A stretch of DNA of 64,000 nucleotides from an uncultured bacterium (GCA_963766885.1 CAVYBO010000002.1:22014-86013); one strand, 5' to 3'. Numbered from the stretch's first letter, positions 9,642-18,963 are shown. Notes: generated by a model not told the origin, from the letters alone. Made by a program: numbers and translations.

Positions 9642-11108
9642 ATGTCTTTGGAAGATATTAGAAATATCAGGCTGCAAAAGCTTGCTAAAATAAAAGCGGC
9701 TGGCATTGATCCGTATCCGGCAACTTCGGCGCGCACACATTCTATATTTGATGCGATATCAAATTTTGATACATTTGTAGCAAGTGAAGAAAAGGTTACT
9801 CTTGCTGGCAGAATAATGTCGCAGAGAATTCAAGGAGGCTTGGCCTTTTTGGATATTTTTGACGGTTCTGGAAAGTTTCAAGTTTTAATAAAAAAAGATG
9901 ATGCAGAAGATGAAGCTTTTGACTTTTTTGTGGAGGTTGCAGACATAGGAGACTTCGCAGAATTTTCGGGAACGCTTTTTAGTACAAAAACAAATCAAAA
10001 AACTTTAAAAGCAAAAAATTGGAGAATGCTTTCAAAGGCTCTTTTGCCGCTGCCTGAAAAATGGCACGGACTTCAAGATCCGGAAGAAAAACTACGTAAA
10101 AGATATTTAGATATGCTTTTTGATCCAGAAGCTCAGGATTTATTTAAAAAGAAAGCGGCCTTTTGGGAAGCGACAAGGAATTTTCTAAAAGACAGGGGAT
10201 TTTTGGAAGTGGAAACGCCAACATTAGAAGTGACAACTGGCGGAGCGGAAGCAAGACCATTCAAGACACATCACAATGCGCACGGACTTGATGTTTTTCT
10301 TCGTATTTCTGTCGGCGAGCTTTGGCAGAAGCGTTTGATGGCTGCAGGATTTCCAAAAACTTTTGAGATTGGAAGAATCTATAGAAATGAAGGATCAAGC
10401 GCGGACCATCTTCAGGAATTTACAAATATGGAATTTTATATGGCCTATGCTGGCTTCTTTGAGGGAATGATTTTGGTAAAAGAAATGTGTAGAGAAATTG
10501 CAGAAAAAGTTTTTGGAACTACAAAATTTTCTACACGCGGACATAATTTTGATTTGTCAGATGAATGGAAGGAGATAGATTATATTGAGGAAATCAAAAA
10601 ACAGACCGGAATAGACATAAATAAATCATCAGAAAAGGAAATAATAAAAAAACTTCAAGAACTGAAAGTGGAGTACGAAGGAGACAATCTCGAACGTCTA
10701 ACAGACTCATTGTGGAAATATTGCCGAAAAAATATTGCAGGCCCTGCATTTTTGGTGAATCATCCAAAGATGATTGCGCCTTTGGCCAAGTCAAATTATC
10801 AGTCAAATTCTGATCAGTCAGACACGGTACAAAGATTCCAGGTTATTCTTGCAGGAAGCGAAGTTGGAAACGGATATTCAGAGCTCAATGATCCAATCGA
10901 ACAAAGAAAACGATTTGATGAGCAACAAAATATGATTGAACACGGTGATGAAGAAGCGATGATGGCTGATTTTGAGTTTGTGGAGATGCTTGAATATGGA
11001 ATGCCGCCGACTTGCGGCTTCGGATTCGGTGAACGCCTTTTTGCTTTTCTTGTAGACAAACCTGTTCGCGACGTTGCAATGTTTCCATTGGTTCGGCCAA
11101 AAGAATAA
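9642..11108 (+). CDS. lysS: lysyl-tRNA synthetase (class II)
   Basis: 488 aa; OB-fold N-term, class II motifs (FRNEG..., GSEVGNGYSELNDP, GFGFGERL). Confidence 0.9.
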   Translation: MSLEDIRNIRLQKLAKIKAAGIDPYPATSARTHSIFDAISNFDTFVASEEKVTLAGRIMSQRIQGGLAFLDIFDGSGKFQVLIKKDDAEDEAFDFFVEVADIGDFAEFSGTLFSTKTNQKTLKAKNWRMLSKALLPLPEKWHGLQDPEEKLRKRYLDMLFDPEAQDLFKKKAAFWEATRNFLKDRGFLEVETPTLEVTTGGAEARPFKTHHNAHGLDVFLRISVGELWQKRLMAAGFPKTFEIGRIYRNEGSSADHLQEFTNMEFYMAYAGFFEGMILVKEMCREIAEKVFGTTKFSTRGHNFDLSDEWKEIDYIEEIKKQTGIDINKSSEKEIIKKLQELKVEYEGDNLERLTDSLWKYCRKNIAGPAFLVNHPKMIAPLAKSNYQSNSDQSDTVQRFQVILAGSEVGNGYSELNDPIEQRKRFDEQQNMIEHGDEEAMMADFEFVEMLEYGMPPTCGFGFGERLFAFLVDKPVRDVAMFPLVRPKE

Positions 11109-11126
11109 TTTTTATAAAAAGTTAAA

Positions 11127-11158
11127 CCGCGCAGAACGAATCTTGCGCGGTTATTTTT
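11127..11158 (+). terminator. intrinsic terminator after lysS
   Basis: ccgcgcaga-acgaa-tcttgcgcgg hairpin followed by ttattttt. Confidence 0.5.
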
Positions 11159-11203
11159 AGGGGATTGAACCCACGGCTTCTTTGCCGAGCGGAGATACCG
11201 CTA

Positions 11204-11764
11204 TTACAATTCCATGGCGGTGGCCATGAGGTATTGCATATTGCTGACCAGGTTTTCGTGGAACTTGAACCCGGGATCCTCAGGGTGAGTGAACGGACGT
11301 CCGGTTTGAAGACCTGACGGGAAGGTTTTACCTTCCGTTTCCATCCACTCCGCGAAGTCGGCGAGCTTGTCGAACCATTCCTCCGACATGGCGCCGGCGA
11401 ACTGGCCGAGTTCCTTGTTGGTGAGGGTGAACTCACAACCGAGAGCGACCGCCGCTTCCTGCCCGAAGAAGACTTCCCGCGGAAAGATGGCGTCCTGAAC
11501 ACCGCAGTAGCGGATGTCGTAGAACACCGGAGCGGCGCGAAAGGTTGTGAGTTCCCCCGCGTGCTCGATTTGCCCCAGAATGACGATCAAACTGGGGAAA
11601 GGGTTGGTGGAGTTGTAGTCGTAGTTTTCCGCGTCCGTGGGTTCCACGACGCGCCAGATTTGGCCGGACAGAATTTCCGCCGGCTTGGTTTGGTTCTGCG
11701 GCGGCATATCCAGCAAAGGATGGAGCGCCAGAGGAAGGATTTTTTTGAGGTCTGCGATTTTCAT
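11204..11764 (-). CDS. hypothetical protein encoded in a GC-rich (about 58%) patch; likely horizontally acquired
   Basis: 186-aa ORF MKIADLKKILPLALHP...; local GC far above the about 35% flanks, and the overlapping shadow ORFs in other frames are typical of GC-rich DNA; no recognisable family. Confidence 0.45.
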   Translation of the reverse strand: MKIADLKKILPLALHPLLDMPPQNQTKPAEILSGQIWRVVEPTDAENYDYNSTNPFPSLIVILGQIEHAGELTTFRAAPVFYDIRYCGVQDAIFPREVFFGQEAAVALGCEFTLTNKELGQFAGAMSEEWFDKLADFAEWMETEGKTFPSGLQTGRPFTHPEDPGFKFHENLVSNMQYLMATAMEL

Positions 11765-12023
11765 AAGTGAGTTGAGTGTGGTTGGAAGGACAATAATCCG
11801 CTTGGCAATGTGCTAGCAAGTCAATTACAGTCTTTCTTCCAAACTCAACTTATAGGTCAGCTTTCAAAGTTCTAATACTTCTATATAATAGCACTTTTTA
11901 TACAAAAAGTCAACATCAATAAAAAACATTGTAAATCCTATCTAAAATCAAATTCGTGAGGTTTTGGAAAGACCAAACCTTTTCTTTTTTATATGTGGAA
12001 AACTGTGGATTGCGCAAAACAAT

Positions 12024-12062
12024 AAGTGGTATAGAATGGTATGTAAGTGGTAAAAAGTGGTA
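12024..12062 (+). promoter_or_regulatory. MraZ-box-like direct repeats (4 x AAGTGGTA at about 10-bp spacing) upstream of mraZ
   Basis: aAGTGGTAtagaaTGGTAtgtAAGTGGTAaaAAGTGGTAag, about 35 nt upstream of the mraZ ATG; MraZ binds GTGG-type direct repeats in its own promoter. Confidence 0.5.
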
Positions 12063-12096
12063 AGTTTTTGGAGTTGAAGTTTGGTCGGAAAAAATC

Positions 12097-12531
12097 ATGT
12101 TAATAGGAGAATACAAACATTCAATAGACGAAAAAAACCGAATGTCGCTGCCAAGCAAATTCCGCAAGGAATTGGGCAAGAAAGTGGTGGCGACATACGG
12201 GCTTGAACAATGTTTGTTTGTCTACGAAATATCGGAATGGAACAGAATCGCTGAGGATATTTCAAAGCTTGGAATGTTAAAAAGCGATACGCGAGAATTT
12301 AACAGATTTATGTTTGGAGGAGCGGTAGAAATTGAGGTTGATGCGCTTGGCAGAATTTTGGTTCCAGAATATCTCAAAAAATATGCGGATCTCAAGGGAA
12401 ATGCCGTGGTCATCGGAGTTCACAAAAGGCTTGAAATCTGGAACGAGAAGAAGTGGGAGGAATACAAGAAAGCGATAGTTTCAAAAGCAGATGGATTAGC
12501 AGAAAAGCTTTCGGAAGCAGGTGCTTTCTAA
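12097..12531 (+). CDS. mraZ: transcriptional regulator MraZ
   Basis: 144 aa; MLIGEYKHSIDEKNRMSLPSKFR, duplicated SpoVT/AbrB-like halves. Confidence 0.9.
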   Translation: MLIGEYKHSIDEKNRMSLPSKFRKELGKKVVATYGLEQCLFVYEISEWNRIAEDISKLGMLKSDTREFNRFMFGGAVEIEVDALGRILVPEYLKKYADLKGNAVVIGVHKRLEIWNEKKWEEYKKAIVSKADGLAEKLSEAGAF

Positions 12532-13444
12532 AGAATTTCAGAGAGAAGTGAACGCACACAAGACAGTTCTTTTACAAGAAACAATTGAAGGTTTGAAGCC
12601 GAAGCTTGGCGGAGTTTATTTAGACGGCACCATAAACGGTGCTGGCGCTTCAGAGCAATTGGCAATCCAAATTGGCAAAGACGGGACAATCGTTGGAATG
12701 GATTTGGATCTTGATGCGCTTGAAAAGGGAAGTGAACGAGTCAAGAAAACAGGAGTCAAATTTTTCGGCATCAATGACAACTTTCGGAATCTGGACAAAG
12801 CTCTCGATTCTCTAGAAATAGAAAAAATTGATGGCGCGATGTTTGACCTTGGATTATCGAGCAACCAGCTTGATTTATCGGGCAGGGGATTCACTTTTCA
12901 AAAGGACGAACCGCTTCTAATGACCTTCAAATCTAATCCAACGGAAAAGGATTTGACTGCATATGACGTAGTGAATAAATTTGAGCAGAAAAATCTAGAA
13001 ACGATTATCAGATACTACGGCGGAGAAAATTTTGCAGGACGCATTGCTCGAGTTATATGCGAAGCAAGAATACAAAAACCGATTGAAACTACTTCTGAAC
13101 TAGCAGAATTGATTTATCAAGCAGTCCCAGCAATTTACAGAAGAGGCAAGATTCATCCAGCCACCAAAACTTTTCAGGCCATCCGAGTTGTGGTGAACGA
13201 CGAGATTGAATCTTTGAAGGAAGGTTTGGAAAAATCACTCGAAAGACTGAATTCTGGAGGAAGAGTTGTGGTGATAAGTTTTGAGAGTTTAACGGACGGA
13301 GTGGCCAAAAGATTTTTTAAAGAGAAAGCCAAAGATAAAAAGATTTTAATAATAACAAAGAAACCGATTGTTCCAACAGAAAGAGAAATTAGCGATAATC
13401 CACGATCAAGAAGTTCCAAATTAAGAATCGCGGAAAAGATTTAA
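12521..13444 (+). CDS. rsmH: 16S rRNA (cytosine1402-N4)-methyltransferase RsmH
   Basis: 307 aa; VLLQETIEGL...YLDGT.NGAG..., follows mraZ. Confidence 0.9.
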   Translation: MLSKEFQREVNAHKTVLLQETIEGLKPKLGGVYLDGTINGAGASEQLAIQIGKDGTIVGMDLDLDALEKGSERVKKTGVKFFGINDNFRNLDKALDSLEIEKIDGAMFDLGLSSNQLDLSGRGFTFQKDEPLLMTFKSNPTEKDLTAYDVVNKFEQKNLETIIRYYGGENFAGRIARVICEARIQKPIETTSELAELIYQAVPAIYRRGKIHPATKTFQAIRVVVNDEIESLKEGLEKSLERLNSGGRVVVISFESLTDGVAKRFFKEKAKDKKILIITKKPIVPTEREISDNPRSRSSKLRIAEKI

Positions 13445-13492
13445 GAGAAATTTAATAAAAAAATTTAAAAATTAACAAAATAAAAAAATACC

Positions 13493-13792
13493 ATGACAAG
13501 CATGCCATCTCAGTACAAATTCAAAAAAACTTTCTGGATGTTTTCCAGTGCGTCTTTTGGCATGATTGTTATTTATGTTTTTCTTGTATTTTTCACTGTT
13601 TCCCATACTCTTTCAAGGGAAAATAGTGAAAAATCAATTCAAAATATCCTTTCAAATATAAGCGAGAAAGAATCCACTTATATGAGCCTTGAGGCTTCTA
13701 TTACGCCAGATCTTGCCACAGCCAAAGGATTTGTAGATGCAAATAACACTATAGTCGTCAGGGCGGGAGCAACTTTGACTATGCGCAATTAA
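13493..13792 (+). CDS. ftsL: FtsL-like cell division membrane protein (by position)
   Basis: 99 aa, single TM, sits between rsmH and ftsI as in dcw clusters. Confidence 0.45.
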   Translation: MTSMPSQYKFKKTFWMFSSASFGMIVIYVFLVFFTVSHTLSRENSEKSIQNILSNISEKESTYMSLEASITPDLATAKGFVDANNTIVVRAGATLTMRN

Positions 13793-13799
13793 TTAAATA

Positions 13800-15497
13800 A
13801 TGAAATTTCTCAACCCAATCAGGCTAATATCGATTTTAATCATATTGGCGGGTTTTATCTTTGTCTTAAAACTTTACGACATACAAATTGTCAAACATAA
13901 TGAATATGTTCAAATCGCCAATAATCAGTACCAAAGACCGCAGGGATTTTTTGATAGAGGAACAATATATTTTGAGGATAAAGACGGCAATAAAATATCG
14001 GCGGCTACAGTAAAATCAGGATATATTCTTGCTATAAATCCAGAACTTATTGTTAATAAGCAAGATGCTTACAATAAACTATCATCGGTTGTAAGTGGTA
14101 TTGATAAGACGGATTTTTTAGACAAAGCCTCAGAGCAAGATACATATGAAGTAATTCAAAAGGAGGTTGATTCTGATACAGGAAAAAAAATACAAGCACT
14201 CAATATTTCAGGAGTAATTCTTGATAGTGACAACTGGAGATTTTACCCTGGAAATTCAACTGCTTCACAGGTGCTCGGCATCGTTGGCTATCAGGGCAAT
14301 GATTTGGCTGGAAGGTATGGTTTGGAAGAAGAATATAACTCTGTTTTGGAAAGGAATCAGAGCGACCTTTATACTAATTTTTTTGTTCAAATATTTTCAA
14401 ATATAAAATCAAGCGTGGACTCTGATAATTCAGAGGGAGATATTGTTACAACAATTGAGCCGAATGTTCAAGCTGCTCTTGAAAATACTCTTCAGAAAAT
14501 TCAAACAACATGGTCTTCCGAAGAAACAGGCGGCATTATAATGAATCCGCAAAACGGAGAAATAATCGCCATGGCTGCGTATCCCAATTTTAACCCCAAT
14601 GATTTCTCAGATGTCAGTTCTGTTGGTGTGTTTAAAAATCCATTAGTTGAAGATGTTAGAGAAATGGGCTCAATAATGAAAGTTGTAACTATGGCTTCTG
14701 GAATTGATGCTGGCCTTGTAACTGCCTCCACAACTTATGATGATGTTGGATATGTGAAAGCGGACGGCAGCACAATTTATAACTTTGACAAGCAAGGAAG
14801 GGGAGTGATTACGATGCAGACTGTACTTGATGATTCGCTCAACACAGGCGCATCGTTTGTAGAGCAAAAACTTGGCAACAAAAGATTTACGGACTATTTT
14901 TTTAAGTTTGGTCTTGGTGAAAAAACCAATATTGATTTGCCGGACGAAGCGCAAGACCTCGTTTCAAATCTTCAAAGCACTAGAGATATTGAGCATATTA
15001 CTGCTTCGTACGGACAGGGAATTGCCCTAACTCCAATTGCCACTGCCCGAGCCCTTGCTGCTGTGGCCAATGGCGGGTATTTGGTCCAGCCTCACGTTGT
15101 CAAAGAAGCCGATCCTATTGAAGGAATTCCTTATTATCCATTTGCCAGCTATAAGCCGGTACAAGTGATTTCAAAATCTGCTTCACAGAAAGTAACGGCA
15201 ATGCTTATAAACGTTGTTGATACAGCTCTGCTTGGGGGGGCAGGAAAGAATCCACACTATACTGTTGCTGCCAAAACTGGTACAGCTCAGATTCCTTCAC
15301 CAAGTGGAGGATATTATTCTGACAGGTATCTTCACTCTTTCATGGGTTATTTTCCTGCTACAAACCCTCAATTTTTAATTTTAATGTATACTGTTTACCC
15401 AAAAACGCAGTTATATGCAGCGTCAACCCTGGCACAGCCGTTTTTGGACTTGAGCCATTTTATTATAAATTATTACTCAATCCCGCCTGACAGATAA
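13800..15497 (+). CDS. ftsI: peptidoglycan D,D-transpeptidase FtsI (PBP3)
   Basis: 565 aa; N-term TM, SxxK (SIMKV), SxN (SLNTGA), KTG (KTGTAQ). Confidence 0.85.
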   Translation: MKFLNPIRLISILIILAGFIFVLKLYDIQIVKHNEYVQIANNQYQRPQGFFDRGTIYFEDKDGNKISAATVKSGYILAINPELIVNKQDAYNKLSSVVSGIDKTDFLDKASEQDTYEVIQKEVDSDTGKKIQALNISGVILDSDNWRFYPGNSTASQVLGIVGYQGNDLAGRYGLEEEYNSVLERNQSDLYTNFFVQIFSNIKSSVDSDNSEGDIVTTIEPNVQAALENTLQKIQTTWSSEETGGIIMNPQNGEIIAMAAYPNFNPNDFSDVSSVGVFKNPLVEDVREMGSIMKVVTMASGIDAGLVTASTTYDDVGYVKADGSTIYNFDKQGRGVITMQTVLDDSLNTGASFVEQKLGNKRFTDYFFKFGLGEKTNIDLPDEAQDLVSNLQSTRDIEHITASYGQGIALTPIATARALAAVANGGYLVQPHVVKEADPIEGIPYYPFASYKPVQVISKSASQKVTAMLINVVDTALLGGAGKNPHYTVAAKTGTAQIPSPSGGYYSDRYLHSFMGYFPATNPQFLILMYTVYPKTQLYAASTLAQPFLDLSHFIINYYSIPPDR

Positions 15498-15503
15498 TAC
15501 AAC

Positions 15504-16796
15504 ATGAAAAATTATTTAAAAAAAATCATTGTTTTTATTCTTACAATCGAGGCTAAGCTTGTCCTAAGGAAATACAAGCCTAAAATTATTGCTGTCACGG
15601 GAAGCGCCGGCAAGACATCCACCAAGGACGCTATTTATACCGCTATTTCTTCATCGCTTCATGTTCGCAAAAGCGCCAAAAGCTACAACAGCGATATAGG
15701 AATTCCTCTGACCATTCTTGGCCTTGAAAATCCTTGGAATAATTATAAAAAATGGCTAACAAATATTCTAAAAGGCGCCATTGTTGCTTTGAAGAAGCAA
15801 AAATATCCAGAATATCTTGTTCTTGAAATCGGCGCAGACAGGCCAGGAGAAATCAAGCGTCTTATGAAATGGATTCACCCCGATATCTCAGTGGTTACGC
15901 TTATAGGCAAAGTGCCAGTGCATGTTGAGTTTTACGATTCCGTTGAGAGTGTTATAAAAGAAAAAAGTGAAATTATAAAAAATCTCAAACCGGATGGTTT
16001 TGCGATTTTGAATGCTGACGATGAGGATGTGCGCGATATGAGGCATTTAACAGGCGCCAAAACGATAACATTCGGCATAAAGAATAAGGCAGATGTTTCT
16101 GTTGTTTTTCCGTCTATTATCTATGATGAATCCGGTGCGCCAATTGGCATGAGCGCCAAGATTGATGTTTCGGGATCGAGTTTTCCTATTATCATAAATG
16201 GTGCGCTTGGTATTCAGCAGATTTATCCTGTGGCCGCGGCTTTTGCTGTAGCTATGGTTAAGAATTTAAATCTTCTGGAAGTTGCCACAGCATTCAAAGA
16301 TCACGAAGTGCCAAAAGGCAGAGTCAAGATTATCAAAGGCATAAAAGATTCAACTATAATTGATGATACTTACAACGCTTCTCCGGCAGCTGTTGAAGAA
16401 GGTTTGAATATTTTAAGCGAAATAAAAACTCACGGCAAAAAAATCGCAATTCTGGGCGATATGCTTGAACTTGGCAGGCATTCATCTTCTGAACACAGAA
16501 GAATCGGCGAGATAGCAGGAAAAATTTGCAATGTTGTTATTGGCGTGGGTATCCGTTCGCGCGAGCTTGCCAATGCCGCGCAAGTGGCAGGAATTTCCAA
16601 GAGTGATGTTTATTTTGTTGATGATTCAATTCAGGCGGGGGAGACCGCGGCCAAGTTGATTGACACTGGAGACGTTGTTTACATCAAAGGCTCGCAAGGA
16701 ATGAGAATGGAAAAAACAGTAGAAAAAATAATGCAGGAAAAACACAAAAAAGAAGAACTTTTGGTGCGACAAGAAAAAGAATGGTTGGAGAGGTAA
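15504..16796 (+). CDS. murF: UDP-N-acetylmuramoyl-tripeptide--D-alanyl-D-alanine ligase MurF
   Basis: 430 aa; IAVTGSAGKTSTKD P-loop, NSDIGIPLTIL, DDTYNASP, GDMLELG motifs. Confidence 0.8.
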   Translation: MKNYLKKIIVFILTIEAKLVLRKYKPKIIAVTGSAGKTSTKDAIYTAISSSLHVRKSAKSYNSDIGIPLTILGLENPWNNYKKWLTNILKGAIVALKKQKYPEYLVLEIGADRPGEIKRLMKWIHPDISVVTLIGKVPVHVEFYDSVESVIKEKSEIIKNLKPDGFAILNADDEDVRDMRHLTGAKTITFGIKNKADVSVVFPSIIYDESGAPIGMSAKIDVSGSSFPIIINGALGIQQIYPVAAAFAVAMVKNLNLLEVATAFKDHEVPKGRVKIIKGIKDSTIIDDTYNASPAAVEEGLNILSEIKTHGKKIAILGDMLELGRHSSSEHRRIGEIAGKICNVVIGVGIRSRELANAAQVAGISKSDVYFVDDSIQAGETAAKLIDTGDVVYIKGSQGMRMEKTVEKIMQEKHKKEELLVRQEKEWLER

Positions 16797-16836
16797 TATA
16801 AGTATAAAAAATAGCAGAAAACGGGAAGTAATCTGC

Positions 16837-17436
16837 TTAACGTCTTCGGAAAACTAGAGCTATTACACCCAAGGCAACGAATACGCAGTACAAAATGCTT
16901 GGCTCAGGCACGCTCATCTGGAGTGCGGGCGTTTGAGTTTCTGCTCCCGCGCTGATTTGCTGTAGAGCCGAAGTGTCTTTTGTGCTTGCAACGCTAACGT
17001 AATCGATCGCCCAAGTGTAGCTACCGGTAACCGTCGGAACGACATCGTCGAGGTTGAAGACAAATTCACGACTGGTGCCCTCTGGAATTACATACCAGAA
17101 TGCATCATCTCCGCTGATTGGAGTGGGAGCAAGCATGTCCGGATCGATGTTTTCTTCAGTGTCCAATGTTGGACTTGCGGCGACGCCGTTGATTGTGAAT
17201 GTGAATCCATCGTCACCGAGCGGAACTGATGCTCTGCGGACGTACTCAGTTTGGGTATCCGCGGAGATATTGATATCGATTCCGAAGTAACCCAATTCCT
17301 CGTAGGTGCTAGAGTACTCTGGTTTTTGCACCTCGTAGGAGGCGCATTCCGTCCAGTTCACGCTTACTTGGGTTGCGTTTGCCGAAGTGATTCCTACCCA
17401 AGAGAGTAGGACCAGTAAAGAATATTTAAAGTTCAT
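16837..17436 (-). CDS. PEP-CTERM-type secreted protein (signal peptide plus C-terminal VPEP-TM-RRR sorting signal), GC-rich
   Basis: Start at MNFKYSLLVLLSWVGITSANA (the ORF track extends further upstream); C-terminus ...VPEPSILYCVFVALGVIALVFRRR; local GC about 50% versus about 35% genome. Confidence 0.6.
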   Translation of the reverse strand: MNFKYSLLVLLSWVGITSANATQVSVNWTECASYEVQKPEYSSTYEELGYFGIDINISADTQTEYVRRASVPLGDDGFTFTINGVAASPTLDTEENIDPDMLAPTPISGDDAFWYVIPEGTSREFVFNLDDVVPTVTGSYTWAIDYVSVASTKDTSALQQISAGAETQTPALQMSVPEPSILYCVFVALGVIALVFRRR

Positions 17437-17470
17437 AATCAGAAAAACACTAACATAAATACTTAATTTT

Positions 17471-18523
17471 GTAAAGATACACGTATAGGTCCAATAGCTT
17501 GGCACCACTTTGGTGGGTTAACATCAAAGGTATGCCATACACAACAAATAAGAATATGCCGAAGATTAGGCAACAAGCAGCTGATTTAGTCAGAAGAGGT
17601 TGGAGCAGAAGAAAGGTTGGTCGATATTTGGGATTTCACCATACAGCGATATCTGAATGGGTCAGAATTGCAAAGAAAATAGGGTATCATCCCATACTAA
17701 CAAGATCATCAAGACCGAAACATCATCCCCAACAATTGGATGAAAGAATCATTAGAAAAATCGTGGAGAAAAGATTAGAGCATGGTCGATATGCGGAAGC
17801 GGTACACAGGGAGCTTCAAAACGATGGTGTGAAAGTTTCTTTGTCATCAGTCAAAAGAACTCTCGACCGGAAGAGACTCATCAAAAAGAGAAGTCCGTAC
17901 AAACGATTCCATCCTCACCAAGATCGCCCATATCCCTTGAAATCAGGCGATTTGGTGCAAATTGATACTATTCATCGGATGGTTGATGGAAAGAAAAGAC
18001 TGTACGTGTTTGTGGTCATTGATGTATTTTCAAGATGGACATACGCAAAAGCATTTGAACGGATGAATGCAAGAACAAGTATTGATTTTGTCAGAGCAGC
18101 GCAAAGAGAATCGTCCTTCCATTTTGATATGTTGCAGTCAGACCATGGACCAGAGTTTGGTAAGTGGTTTGTCTCAAATATCAAAAAGAGCCACAGGTAT
18201 ACCAGAATTGGCAAACCCAATGACAATGCTCATATCGAAAGATTCAACAGGACTCTACAGGAAGAATGCCTGGACAAAGTTCCTAACGATATTCGAATTA
18301 TCAATTGTGCTTTGAAGAAATATTTGAGATATTACAATTTTGAGCGAGTGCACGGAGGAATCAATTATTCAATTCCCATGCAGGTGGTGTGAAGCTATTG
18401 ATTAGATTACGGTATTCAAAATCTTTCGTACCAAGTTAATTGAATGGCAAAGATTTGGAGAGATGCTTTCTAAACAAGATTAGACGCTTGCAATATTTCT
18501 ATACTTTTGTACCATATTAAACA
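17471..18523 (+). mobile_element. IS481-family insertion sequence (putative ends)
   Basis: Transposase ORF flanked by imperfect inverted ends beginning TGT (17471 tgtaaagatacacgtatagg versus reverse complement of 18498-18523 tgtttaatatggtacaaaagtataga); ends are approximate. Confidence 0.4.
17499..18392 (+). CDS. IS481-family (DDE/rve integrase core) transposase
   Basis: N-terminal HTH (GWSRRKVGRYLGFHHTAISEWV), DDE triad (QIDTI, SDHGPEF, NAHIERFNRTL); the track start is TTG, internal ATGs at 17532/17556 are more likely starts. Confidence 0.8.
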   Translation: MAPLWWVNIKGMPYTTNKNMPKIRQQAADLVRRGWSRRKVGRYLGFHHTAISEWVRIAKKIGYHPILTRSSRPKHHPQQLDERIIRKIVEKRLEHGRYAEAVHRELQNDGVKVSLSSVKRTLDRKRLIKKRSPYKRFHPHQDRPYPLKSGDLVQIDTIHRMVDGKKRLYVFVVIDVFSRWTYAKAFERMNARTSIDFVRAAQRESSFHFDMLQSDHGPEFGKWFVSNIKKSHRYTRIGKPNDNAHIERFNRTLQEECLDKVPNDIRIINCALKKYLRYYNFERVHGGINYSIPMQVV

Positions 18524-18539
18524 GAGAGTACATTTAGAC

Positions 18540-18860
18540 CGAAAGCCAAGGCGGCGCACGCCGTCGAATGACGAGAGCGTAAACAAACGCAGACCAATAG
18601 CTAATGGTGGCAAGTTGCCATAGAAACGGATGGGGGGACTTGTTCCCGCTTATCATGTACCGAAGCTTTGGACGACAAGCTCTGCAGCTGTGAGACGTAT
18701 TCTCACATGACGTGGAGTGATTACTCAGGGATACTTAGTGCATCAATAGGTAGTTACGTTGGGGATTTCCGTCTCCTAGAGGCGGTCGCGTGGTAGGTCT
18801 TTTGTTTCTTTCTCTTTGAACCCTCGACGTTTCGGCGTCGGGGGTTCTACTTTTTATATC
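18540..18860 (+). ncRNA. candidate structured ncRNA (GC-rich, ORF-free, ends in an intrinsic terminator); identity unresolved
   Basis: About 320 nt at about 52% GC with no credible ORF, many local hairpins, terminal ccctcgacg-tttcgg-cgtcggggg hairpin plus T-run at 18819-18855. Confidence 0.3.
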
Positions 18861-18873
18861 TGTTTCCAAGTCT

Positions 18874-18963
18874 ATAAAATATCCCATTAGGTTGCGCCAA
18901 AAAACTATTAAAAAATATGAATAAAAAAAGCTGTGACCCAAGTGGTCGCAAATTGGAACCGAG
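18874..18963. repeat. direct repeat copy A: tRNA-Glu downstream flank plus decayed tRNA 3'-half (att-like)
   Basis: aaaatatcccattaggttgcgccaaaaaactattaaaaaatatgaataaaaaaagctgtgaccc... aligns at about 75% with 19364-19455. Confidence 0.5.

Noticed and set aside
11158-11180. T-loop-like motif GGGTTCAATCCCC downstream of the GC-rich gene: possible tRNA or tRNA fragment
   Set aside because: I could not fold an acceptor/T stem or the rest of a cloverleaf around it. Left as an unexplained motif, possibly an integration scar.
11122-11819. Overlapping ORFs 11122..11502 (-) and 11433..11819 (-) in the GC-rich patch
   Set aside because: Arg/Ser/Pro-rich, overlapping the 11204..11764 ORF in other frames; typical spurious ORFs in high-GC DNA. 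Only one frame was kept, and even that at modest confidence.
18540-18860. tmRNA or RNase P RNA identity for the GC-rich segment next to the IS
   Set aside because: No GGGG...CCA acceptor pairing or T-arm, no credible tag-peptide frame ending in a typical tag, and no CR-I (GGAAAGUCCGG) or CR-II (GGUGAAA) motifs in the correct order. Kept only as an unassigned structured RNA candidate.
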